From positions 14,358 through 78,357 of the forward strand of contig CAVURY010000050.1 of assembly GCA_963743925.1 (NCBI GenBank): 64,000 nt of DNA, written 5' to 3'. Shown here piece after piece: positions 13,032-21,683 of this stretch. The notes under the pieces are model-generated. The model worked only from the letters and a program-made list of their open reading frames with translations, ran no database searches and had not been told where the DNA came from. The DNA comes from an uncultured Planctomycetota bacterium. Its GTDB lineage: Bacteria > Planctomycetota > Planctomycetia > Isosphaerales > Isosphaeraceae. The number at the start of each line of letters is the position of its first letter. The first letter of the stretch is position 1. Both the position numbers and the translations under genes were made by a program.

Positions 13032-15458
13032 TCACAACGCGGCCTTTCGAGCAGGATTCTCCGTCGTCTCGCTCGCAGCCGGCGGTCTCTGAGGATTCTG
13101 GTGAATGGCCTTATACGAACCGGTCCCCTCGGTGATCACGATCAACTGGCTGGAGGCTACGTTTTCGAAGACCTGGCTAGTTCCGCTCGTCGGCCAGGTG
13201 ATCGTCAGACGAGCGATCGAGGATGCGCTCCCCATACCGATCATTTCCGTAAGCGGGTTGCCTCCGAAGCTGCCGTTATTCCCGACGACCCGATGAATCG
13301 ATCGCGATGACCCATCAGGCCCCTTCAGATCGGCCTGAATTCGGGCGCCGATCGCGGAACGATTGGTCCGGGTGCCCACCAGTTTGACCTTGAGCCAGTG
13401 TTGGCCATGACCGGGGTTCTGGAATAACACATTATAAGCCTGGTCCCCCGGAACGCCACCACCGAGCACGGCGAAAAGGTCGAGATCGCCGTCAGAATCC
13501 CAATCGGCGAAGGAGATGCCATGGCCCTTTTGAAGGTGCCCCGTCCGAGATGAGGCAGTGATATCTTCGAATCGCCGCCCCTCGATGTTCTTGACCATGA
13601 CATTCGGGACCAGTCCCGAAAACGACATCTCGCCGGTGCCGAAATAGGCATCGAGGTAGCCGTCATTATCGATGTCGCCGAAATTCGCCCCCATCGCCAG
13701 GATCGGGGCGGTCAAGCCAACCTCCTGACTGACCTCGCGGAAGCCTTGCGGGCCGAGGTTCCGATAGAGGTGGGGGTGGCCCGGGTCGTCCCGCCCCTGA
13801 ACGCCGAGATAATTGGCGACGACATCGGCGACGATCGCATGGTAATCGTTGACGAGGAGATCAAGACGCCCGTCGTTGTCGTAGTCCCAGAACCAGCATG
13901 CGAACGAGCGTTGGTGCGTCGGGCCGGTCACCCCCAGCGCCTTGGCCACGTCGCGAAACCGTCCCCCTCCTTCGTTATGGTAGAGCAAGCATGGCCCATC
14001 CAGGACCGACACGAAGAGATCCAGCCGGCCATCACCGTCGTAGTCGCCCCAGGCCGATCCCTTGGACACCCCATCGCCGGCGATCCCCGCCTCGACCGCG
14101 ACGTCCTTGAAAGTACCGTCGTGCTGGTTGTGGTAGAGCCGTCGGCGCTCGCGAGGTTTGGGATCGTCCGCGTGGGTCTCGCCGCAGACGAACAGGTCGA
14201 GCCAGCCGTCGTTGTCATAGTCGCCCCAGACGGCCGATTCGCTGGAGATCGGCTCGCCCAGCCCGCTGGCGAGCGTGACGTCCTCGAACACGCCACCCCC
14301 TTTATTACGCAACAGCGAGAGCCGAGCCGGCTTCTCCCAGGCCCCGCGCAGCAACACCACGTCGGGATTACCGTCGTTGTCGTAATCGCCGCGGGCGAGG
14401 TTCAGGGCGTAGATCTGCGCGTCGAGTCCCGCTCGCGCCGAGGAATCGTCGAACGTCCCATCACCCCGGTTGAGGAAGAGAGAAGCCCCCCGATCGACGT
14501 CGATCGACGTCGTGAACAGGTCGGGGAGGTCGTCGCCGTTGAAGTCGTCGAAGATGCTCCCTCCCGCGAGGTTCGGCCCCCGGACGCCCAGTCCCACCGC
14601 CGGCGCCACGTTCTCGAACGCACCGACGTCCAGCTTCGAAGCGAATCCTCCGATCGGGACGAGGTATTCGCGCGGGACCCCATTCGGGTACTCTCCCAGA
14701 GTCATGTAGGCGAGGTTCAATAGCCAGCGGAATCGGAGGTCGCCCGGCGACCACTTCAGGTACTCCGAGAACTGCCGGATCGCCTCGCGAGAGCCGTCCT
14801 GCTGGATGTGGACCGCGCGAGGATCGATCGGGAAAATACAACTTGACGGGCCGAGACACTCCAGGCAATTCTCGACCTCACCGCGCCTCAACGCGGCCAG
14901 CCCCAGCAAGGCGTGGAACTCGGCCTGGGCCTCCGCCGGGAATTTGTGCTGATGGCTCATCTCCAGGGCCCGCTTCAGCCACGATTCCGCCTGGCCGAAA
15001 TCCCCTTCGTGCATGTAGAAGAAGGCGACCGAGCGGGCCAGCGGGACCGCCTCGAGCGCTTGCTCGAAAGTCGGACGTGAGCCTATGCGCAGCTTATCGT
15101 AGGTCTCTCTCAGGGCGGCGATCCCTCGTCGTCCCCGAACTCGGATCGCCTCTCGCAAGTCCCCGAGCGAGCTGGGGTCCTTGATGGTCCCCTTATACGA
15201 GAACGCATAGACGCTGATAAATCTGTCCAGTGGGCGCCGGTCGATGCAAATCTGGGACGCCGTTCCGGGAGCGTTGGGGTCGGGATACCAGGAGACGAGC
15301 GGGCTCTCCATCTGCGAGTTGGATGCCGGAAGAGCGCCCCCTTGAGATAACGCGGCGATCCGCAGCCAATCCGTGCCGCCGGTCACCCACGAGACTGCCC
15401 CGATCGCGATCCCCACGCAGAGCAGCCCCGCGAACAAGACCCTGAATGCTCGCCTCAT
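13032..15458 (-). CDS. CRTAC1-family protein (N-terminal TPR, FG-GAP/VCBS repeats, ASPIC/UnbV-type C-terminus)
   Basis: 808-aa ORF with a signal/TM segment (MRRAFRVLFAGLLCVGIAIGAV). Carries repeated calcium-binding-like motifs (GDYDNDGNPDVVL, WGDYDNDGWLDLFV, WGDYDGDGRLDLFV, WDYDNDGRLDLLV, GDIDNDGYLDAYF, ADWDSDGDLDLF). The tail ...NRSAIGARI...VGNNGSFGGNPL is typical of UnbV/ASPIC. Confidence 0.85.
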   Translation of the reverse strand: MRRAFRVLFAGLLCVGIAIGAVSWVTGGTDWLRIAALSQGGALPASNSQMESPLVSWYPDPNAPGTASQICIDRRPLDRFISVYAFSYKGTIKDPSSLGDLREAIRVRGRRGIAALRETYDKLRIGSRPTFEQALEAVPLARSVAFFYMHEGDFGQAESWLKRALEMSHQHKFPAEAQAEFHALLGLAALRRGEVENCLECLGPSSCIFPIDPRAVHIQQDGSREAIRQFSEYLKWSPGDLRFRWLLNLAYMTLGEYPNGVPREYLVPIGGFASKLDVGAFENVAPAVGLGVRGPNLAGGSIFDDFNGDDLPDLFTTSIDVDRGASLFLNRGDGTFDDSSARAGLDAQIYALNLARGDYDNDGNPDVVLLRGAWEKPARLSLLRNKGGGVFEDVTLASGLGEPISSESAVWGDYDNDGWLDLFVCGETHADDPKPRERRRLYHNQHDGTFKDVAVEAGIAGDGVSKGSAWGDYDGDGRLDLFVSVLDGPCLLYHNEGGGRFRDVAKALGVTGPTHQRSFACWFWDYDNDGRLDLLVNDYHAIVADVVANYLGVQGRDDPGHPHLYRNLGPQGFREVSQEVGLTAPILAMGANFGDIDNDGYLDAYFGTGEMSFSGLVPNVMVKNIEGRRFEDITASSRTGHLQKGHGISFADWDSDGDLDLFAVLGGGVPGDQAYNVLFQNPGHGQHWLKVKLVGTRTNRSAIGARIQADLKGPDGSSRSIHRVVGNNGSFGGNPLTEMIGMGSASSIARLTITWPTSGTSQVFENVASSQLIVITEGTGSYKAIHQNPQRPPAASETTENPARKAAL

Positions 15459-15887
15459 CTCCTATCCCCCTCCCGGATTGACCATCGATTCTGGAAAGGC
15501 TCTCCGGCGCGGTGGACTCGAGGAGTTCCGGGGGAGCGTCCCTATCACGCAAACCACGAGCCGGGAACGACGTAGAGAAGGCATAATCCGTTCGTGAAGT
15601 CATCCGAACACTCAAGTTTGACAAATGTAAAACTAAATTCTTGGCCTTTACCTCAATTATCTAGCGTCACATCTCCTGCGTACGGCCTGGCTAAGCTCGA
15701 AAAATTCGTGAATAGTCGGCGTCGTCGCGCGGCCTCCGATCCGTTGGTTGCTGAAGGCGAGCGGATCGAGGGCGAGGGAGCTTGGGAGCTTGTCTGGCTA
15801 TTGTCCGCGGTCGCGAAAAGCTCTATCTTGAACCAGGAACTGCGAGCTCTTCTCGCCTCGAGCATCTCGGAAGGATTGATCGACTCG

Positions 15888-17201
15888 ATGGTCCCAGCCA
15901 TGTCACCTGCCGCGGTCCATACTCGTCGACGGTGGTTGTGGCTCCTGGGGATTCTGCCGCTCGCCGCCGGCTGCATCATCGCGGGGCTCTCGATGCGGCG
16001 GAACCGCCTGGTCGAGCGCGATGCGGAACTCGCCCGGCAGGCGATGGCTTCCGGTCAACTGGAGGAGGCTTCCACGGAGCTGGAGCGCTGGTTGAACGGG
16101 TCACCGGGGTCGGGAGAGGCGCATTATCTCAAGGCCCGGATCGCCTGGGCCCGTGGCGAACTCTCGACCGTCCACGACGAGCTCACTCGGGCGATTTCGC
16201 TGCGATGTCCGAGGCATCTCTGGACCGGACTCCAGGGTCTGATCCTGGTCCGAGCCAACCAGTCGACCGAGGCCGAGCCGCTTCTGCGCGAGGCCTTCGA
16301 ACAGAGTGACCGGACGGATCCGGAGGTCGCCGACGCCCTGGCCCGGATCTATCTCGGATCGTATCGCTTGTCGGAGGCGGGCGTGATCCTCGACCGTTGG
16401 TCGCGCGACGTGCCTGGGGATGCGCGTCCGTACCTCCTACGACCCGAGATCGACACTCGGATGAAGAAAGAGCCCGAACAGATCATCGCGAGTTACCGAG
16501 CGGCATTGGAGCGCGATCCGGGGCTGGATCGGGCCCGGCTCGGCCTGGCCGACCAGCTTCGCATCTATCACCACAATGCCGAGGCCGCGGCCGAATACGC
16601 GAACTATCTCGCTCGCAAGCCCGATGATCTGCTGGGGTCGATCGGGGCGGGACAGAATGCCCTCGAGATGGGAGATGAGCGGGAGGCGATCCGCTCGCTC
16701 GATCATGCCCTCAAGATCGCGCCCGAGGATCCCGTTGCGCTGGGTGCCCGGGCCTCCGTCGAGACCCGGCGAAACCGCTTCGAGTCGGCGCTTTCCTACC
16801 TCGATCGTGCCATGAGAGCGGACCCGTTCGACTACGTCAATCGATCTCAGCGCATGTGGATCCTGGCACGGCTGGGGAGGAAGAGCGAGGCCGATGCCGA
16901 GCGCAAGGCCGTGGAGCGAATCCGGAGCGATCAGGAGGAGTTCGCCCGGATCCACCGCGCCCTCCGGGACTCACCCGGCGACCTGATACTCCGCGGCGAG
17001 GCGGCTCACTGGCTCATGCTGCACGGCCACGAAACCGAAGCGATCGAGTGGGCCAACCTGGTCCTTCGAGCCGAGCCGGCCCATCCCGCCATGAATCGAC
17101 TGCTCGCCGACCACTATCGCAAGAAGGGCCAGCCGGGCCTCGCCAAGTTTTATGAGACCCATGCCGCATCGCCCTCCGAGCAACCCTCGACGAACCCGTG
17201 A
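15888..17201 (+). CDS. TM-anchored TPR repeat protein
   Basis: Internal ATG of ORF 15594..17201, chosen because 15594-15887 is AT-richer and non-protein-like. TM helix WLWLLGILPLAAGCIIAGL followed by TPR-like repeats. Confidence 0.7.
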   Translation: MVPAMSPAAVHTRRRWLWLLGILPLAAGCIIAGLSMRRNRLVERDAELARQAMASGQLEEASTELERWLNGSPGSGEAHYLKARIAWARGELSTVHDELTRAISLRCPRHLWTGLQGLILVRANQSTEAEPLLREAFEQSDRTDPEVADALARIYLGSYRLSEAGVILDRWSRDVPGDARPYLLRPEIDTRMKKEPEQIIASYRAALERDPGLDRARLGLADQLRIYHHNAEAAAEYANYLARKPDDLLGSIGAGQNALEMGDEREAIRSLDHALKIAPEDPVALGARASVETRRNRFESALSYLDRAMRADPFDYVNRSQRMWILARLGRKSEADAERKAVERIRSDQEEFARIHRALRDSPGDLILRGEAAHWLMLHGHETEAIEWANLVLRAEPAHPAMNRLLADHYRKKGQPGLAKFYETHAASPSEQPSTNP

Positions 17202-17363
17202 GATTTGGCCCGCTTTTTTGAACGAGCAAGATTCGCCGGAGCCCCGTCCCATGTAGAGCGATTCGAACTCGAATTGCGCATCCGAGGCCGACGCGCCAGC
17301 GAGCGAATTCCCACGAGGACCATCGATTCACGCGCAGGCGCGTCGGGCTCAAGTCTTGAAGCA

Positions 17364-18431
17364 TCAGAGGGCGTGCCGAGGCCACGGGCTATTGAGCGGA
17401 TGCTTGGCCGAGGCCGACGGCTGACGCAGTTCTTTGATCGCCTCCTGGACGCGATCCGCCTCGGCCGGCTGCCCGAGCTGTCGATAGAGAGAGGCCAGGT
17501 TATAGAGCACGCCGTATTGACGAGGGGCCCGCAATCTGGCCTGATTCAGGTGTTGCAGCGCCTCGTCGCGACGCCGCTCCTGCAAGGCGAGCTTGGCGAG
17601 GCTCAGGTGCGGCGAGTAGCTGTCGGAATCCCAATCCGCAGCCTGACGGAAGCAACGGCGTGCCTCCTCCATCTCCCCCCTGAGGAAATAGGTGTGGCCC
17701 AGCACGTTCATCAATTGGCTGTCGGGTCCATCGGCCAGCCTCCGGGTCAAGTATCGGCCGGCGTCTTCGATCCTGCCGCACCCGATCAGATCCTCGGCGA
17801 GATGATTCCAGAAGAGCCCGCGTGACGCGGGCATCTCGCGAAGATCCGGGTCGAGCTCGAGGACCCGTTCGAACGCCGCCACGGCCTGCTGCGGATTCTT
17901 GTCGTTATGATAGACGACCCCTCGCAGCATCGAGCCGAGCACCTCTCCGCCCGTGGTCTGGCTGAGCCGGTCCGCGAGCTTCAAGAGCTGTTCCTTATCA
18001 TTCTGGGCCAGCAACACCGCGGCGAGCCGACGCATGGCCGCCAGGTTGCCGGGCGAGCGGACCAGGATCTCTTGAAAGGTCGGGATGGCGCGTTCGGGGT
18101 GCGGCCCGCGTACCAGTCCATAGGCGCGAATCTGAAGGTCGTTGAGCGACAATCGGCCGGCACGCTGATAATACGGTTCGGCCTGCTCGGCATAATCCAG
18201 TCGGCTCAGGCACTCCGCAACCAGGAGCGCCGCTTCGCGGCTCCAGGGCCTGCGTTCAAGGTGGTCGAGCGCGTGTTGCAGGCTTCGCGTCAAATCCACG
18301 CGTGAAGAAGCGAGCTGTGCCTCCGCCAACGCATCCGAACGCGTGAGGTTCCAGCCCGTAAGACAGAGCAAGCCGAACACGCTCAGGGCTGAGAATAGCC
18401 TGGATGACCACCATGAAGAGCGGGAACGCAT
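17364..18431 (-). CDS. TM-anchored TPR repeat protein
   Basis: Start at MRSRSSWWSSRLFSALSVFGLLCL (internal ATG of ORF 17364..18530), followed by TPR-like repeats. Confidence 0.7.
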   Translation of the reverse strand: MRSRSSWWSSRLFSALSVFGLLCLTGWNLTRSDALAEAQLASSRVDLTRSLQHALDHLERRPWSREAALLVAECLSRLDYAEQAEPYYQRAGRLSLNDLQIRAYGLVRGPHPERAIPTFQEILVRSPGNLAAMRRLAAVLLAQNDKEQLLKLADRLSQTTGGEVLGSMLRGVVYHNDKNPQQAVAAFERVLELDPDLREMPASRGLFWNHLAEDLIGCGRIEDAGRYLTRRLADGPDSQLMNVLGHTYFLRGEMEEARRCFRQAADWDSDSYSPHLSLAKLALQERRRDEALQHLNQARLRAPRQYGVLYNLASLYRQLGQPAEADRVQEAIKELRQPSASAKHPLNSPWPRHAL

Positions 18432-18605
18432 GATTTCTACTCGTCGGAAAAGAGGACCGATTCCCTGCTGCGCAAAAGGGAACACGGTCGCCCTGCACGC
18501 GAACATGCAGGACGACCGTGTCGTTTTCATCCCAATTCAAACCAATCGATTGAACCGAAGCTCGAGGAAGCCAATCCTATCGGAGTTGGCCTCTCGTCTC
18601 AGCAA

Positions 18606-19754
18606 TCAAAGGGCGTCCGAAGAAACGACTTCGCCGTTGTCCGGGGTCGCGATCGCATACCAGCTTACGTAGTTCACCGAGCTCTTGATGAACCGGACCG
18701 AGCCGTCCATGAACAGCACGTTCACGCCGCCCGGGTGGTTCGAGCTGGGATTGACGCCGGTGATCGTCGCACGGCTGTCCTGATAGGCATTGGCGTAATC
18801 GCACGCGTAGCGATTGGGCGTGTTGGTGTGCGAATAGGTGGACGTGCCGCCGTAGGCCCACCACTCACCCTTCCAGCTCCAGTTCTGCTGGGTCGGGTCC
18901 TGGAAATTGACCTGGCACGCCTGGAGGAACTGGAAATCGGTCCCGTAGGTCGCCACCTGGGCCTTGCCCGAGAAGTAATAGACCATGCCGAGGCCGTTCT
19001 TGGCGCCGGGGACGCCCTGGGCCGGTCCCTTGACCCACTCGCTGAAGATCGCCGTGGTGCTGGTGCCGTCGGTGAAGGAGTTGATGTTGATCTGGCGATG
19101 CCCGATGGCACCGTCCCAGCTCGACAGGACATAGCCGGGCCCATTCTCGATCCAGTTTCCGCTCGAGCCATTACCGCCCGTCGCGCCATTAATCCGACGG
19201 TTCAGGCCGATGTTGGATGGATAATTGAGGGCACCCACCAGTTTGTTGCCCGTGGGGAAGGCGTAGGTTCCCGACGAGCCGGGAGCCTGATCCGATGGGC
19301 AGAGGAAGCTCGAGATCTGCATGCACAACACGGTGTACTGGACCATGCTGTAGCTGCCGCCGGAAGCACCATCCGGGGGATTACTGTCGGCGGGGATGGC
19401 GTAATTGTCGCTCCAGCGGGCACCATAGTTCATGTTCAACGCGTTATACGCGGTTTGCTGCTCGAGGTATGGGAGCAACCGAGCATGCGCGGAGAAATTC
19501 TGGTGTGGCTGCTGGAGGGCATTGTTATTCTGGTCCCACTGCGGGTCGGTGTTATTCGGAGGCACGGAGGTCTGGGCGCTCACATAATTGTGCATCGCCA
19601 GGCCGATCTGCTTCAGATTGTTCGTACACTGCGACCGCCGAGCCGCTTCCCGTGCCGACTGCACGGCGGGCAAGAGCAGGGCGATCAGGACCGCGATGAT
19701 GGCGATGACCACGAGCAGTTCGATCAGGGTAAATCCCCGACGATTGCGGATCAT
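18606..19754 (-). CDS. DUF1559 protein with prepilin-type N-terminal cleavage/methylation domain
   Basis: N-terminus [57 protein letters not shown]. The C-terminal ...[17 protein letters not shown] is the H-X9-DG motif. Confidence 0.9.
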   Translation of the reverse strand: MIRNRRGFTLIELLVVIAIIAVLIALLLPAVQSAREAARRSQCTNNLKQIGLAMHNYVSAQTSVPPNNTDPQWDQNNNALQQPHQNFSAHARLLPYLEQQTAYNALNMNYGARWSDNYAIPADSNPPDGASGGSYSMVQYTVLCMQISSFLCPSDQAPGSSGTYAFPTGNKLVGALNYPSNIGLNRRINGATGGNGSSGNWIENGPGYVLSSWDGAIGHRQININSFTDGTSTTAIFSEWVKGPAQGVPGAKNGLGMVYYFSGKAQVATYGTDFQFLQACQVNFQDPTQQNWSWKGEWWAYGGTSTYSHTNTPNRYACDYANAYQDSRATITGVNPSSNHPGGVNVLFMDGSVRFIKSSVNYVSWYAIATPDNGEVVSSDAL

Positions 19755-19890
19755 GAAATGTCTCCCTCCAAAAATACGGTAAGAAAACGTAAAAAAACCG
19801 AGATTCAGTGGCGCAAGATGGAATAGGTTACGAAGCAACCATGCATCCCGGCCCTATGTTTGAATCGCCGACCGTTCGCCTGCTCGAGGC

Positions 19891-20148
19891 TCACTTCTTC
19901 GCGCCGGGATATTTCGAGTCCTTGGCGTATGGGTTGGGAGCCGCCTGCTTCTGCTTTGCGTAGTCGTCGTAGGTGGGAGTGGGGGCCCCGGCTTCGACCT
20001 TCTTGTCCTTGGGGTTGGGCTCTCCCGGGCTTCCGACGGACTTCTGAATCTTCTCGGCCTCCGTCTCATTGTCAGTCCCGCAGCCCGTCGCTCCAACTAA
20101 GGACAGGCCAAGAAGCGCCAAACTCACGCCCTGTGTGAACCGCTTCAC
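19891..20148 (-). CDS. Small lipoprotein
   Basis: GTG start with GGAGAG 9 nt upstream. Lipobox in VKRFTQGVSLALLGLSLVGATGC, followed by a low-complexity Lys/Pro-rich tail. Confidence 0.6.
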   Translation of the reverse strand: MKRFTQGVSLALLGLSLVGATGCGTDNETEAEKIQKSVGSPGEPNPKDKKVEAGAPTPTYDDYAKQKQAAPNPYAKDSKYPGAKK

Positions 20149-21048
20149 GAGTATCGCTCTCCAATGGTGAACTTCGTAAGGATGAAGGAACCGAACCATC
20201 GATTTCTGGTGTGTAAACCCTCGGATTGGACGCGAGCAAGTCCGCCGTTCATCCCGGTGACTACCATGGCTCGGGCTACGCCGGGCGCGAAAAGCCTATT
20301 ACAACGGAGCGTCACGACCGCGACGACCGGCCGAGATTTCATGACGCCCATCAAATTTAGATAGCCATGAATATGAATGTACGAAATCCCGGTACGGCAC
20401 AACCACGCAATCGCTTCGGTGGAGTTTGAAGGCATGCGACATCGCTTGACCCAATTGCGGCCGCCTCATGCCCCACTGACTTCGCAATACGACGTTGCCT
20501 CAGCCTCACCAAAACGGTCAACCCGACGCACGAAATGGGTCTAACAACCAGGACGTTCGGCCGCCACGGACTCAGGCGACTCCCTCTTGGATCTGCTTAC
20601 TGAGAACGACCCTGGCTCACTCGGCAAATCGAAGGGGACGCGAAAGACGCGAAAAGCCAAACGTTGCCGGCTGATTATGACCGTCCAAGAGTTGGCTCGA
20701 GGAAAAAACCTCCCAGACCGCCCTAACCTTATACGCTACTCCACTCTCGTGTCAAGAGAGTGCCAGGCATTTCGATATCTCCGAATATCTTAGTGGCTGC
20801 CGAACCGTCGCTTTCATTCACGGAACGGATGAGTGACCCATTACCCTCGGCAACGAGCGTGCCGAAGACTAACTAACCTTGTCCAAGAACTTCCCGAGTC
20901 AGAGTTAGGTGCATGAACTGAAGCAATCCAGCCCGTTCTAAGAGTATTGAATTCCTTCCTTGCTTTACCATTAGACGTTTCGGAATTCGTTTGAACTGGC
21001 AGAAGAACGCCATCCTTCGGCTACCGGAGGAGAAATTCAGTCTTAAAA

Positions 21049-21255
21049 ACGAGGTGGAGCTACGCCTTCTGGCTCAGAAATGCGAGCTCTGGGGACGTGG
21101 GAGCCTGTCAGGCCTACCATGTCCGCAAGCTGGCGGATTTGAACTGACCGGGCCAGAGCGAGAAGCCGCCATGGGTCGAGCGAATGGCTTCCCGACCCCG
21201 TAAGACTCTGGTCGTCCGTAAAGAGTGCCACGAGGCCTTGCATCGAGAACGACCC
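21049..21255 (+). pseudogene. Decayed C-terminal (HNH/En zinc-finger) remnant of a group II intron reverse transcriptase/maturase
   Basis: Two frames together read ...ELRLLAQKCELWGRGSLS / AYHVRKLADLN*PGQSEKPPWVERMASRPRKTLVVRKECHEALHRERP. This matches, from memory, the bacterial IEP ending C.LCG...VHH.RKLADL..PG..P.W...M..R.RKTLV.C..CH..IH. It carries a frameshift, an in-frame stop and two lost Cys ligands (C->W, C->R). Confidence 0.6.
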
Positions 21256-21683
21256 AGGCGGCACCGGTTCAAGAAATGGACCACTTGCGAGTTACTCGAG
21301 ATCGAAAGACTTACGAACGCTTGTGAGGAGTCGGATGGAAAAGGACGCAGACGGTTGCCCGTCACTGCCGTTGCATTACGGGCTCACGAACCCCGCACAA
21401 GACTTAGTTCGCCAGCCCCCTGCTCTGTCTCACGTCCAGTTCTGATGGGGCAGGGAAGCAGAAATGCTTCCCCGCCACCCGACTACCCACGATCCATGAC
21501 TGAGCGATCGTTCTTGGTACAAGCGTTCCCGTCATGGACGGCGCGTTTGTCCCTGACACTGATTTCCGCCGATCTCCCGGATGTCGATTCCCATGCGGTC
21601 AGTTCCGTCGGGCGGCTCTTTGATCAAGAGTGGTGCGATTGCTGGATGGGAGCGGCTTCAACCTTTGGCGCAGCGAATACCCC

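Noticed and set aside
21453-21472. Perfect 8-bp hairpin with a GAAA tetraloop (GGGAAGCA-GAAA-TGCTTCCC), considered as group II intron domain V.
   Set aside because: It lacks the AGC catalytic triad, the 2-nt bulge and the 5+9-bp two-helix layout of canonical domain V. I could not find a convincing domain VI or 3' splice site after it. Kept only as an unexplained hairpin inside the low-GC scar.
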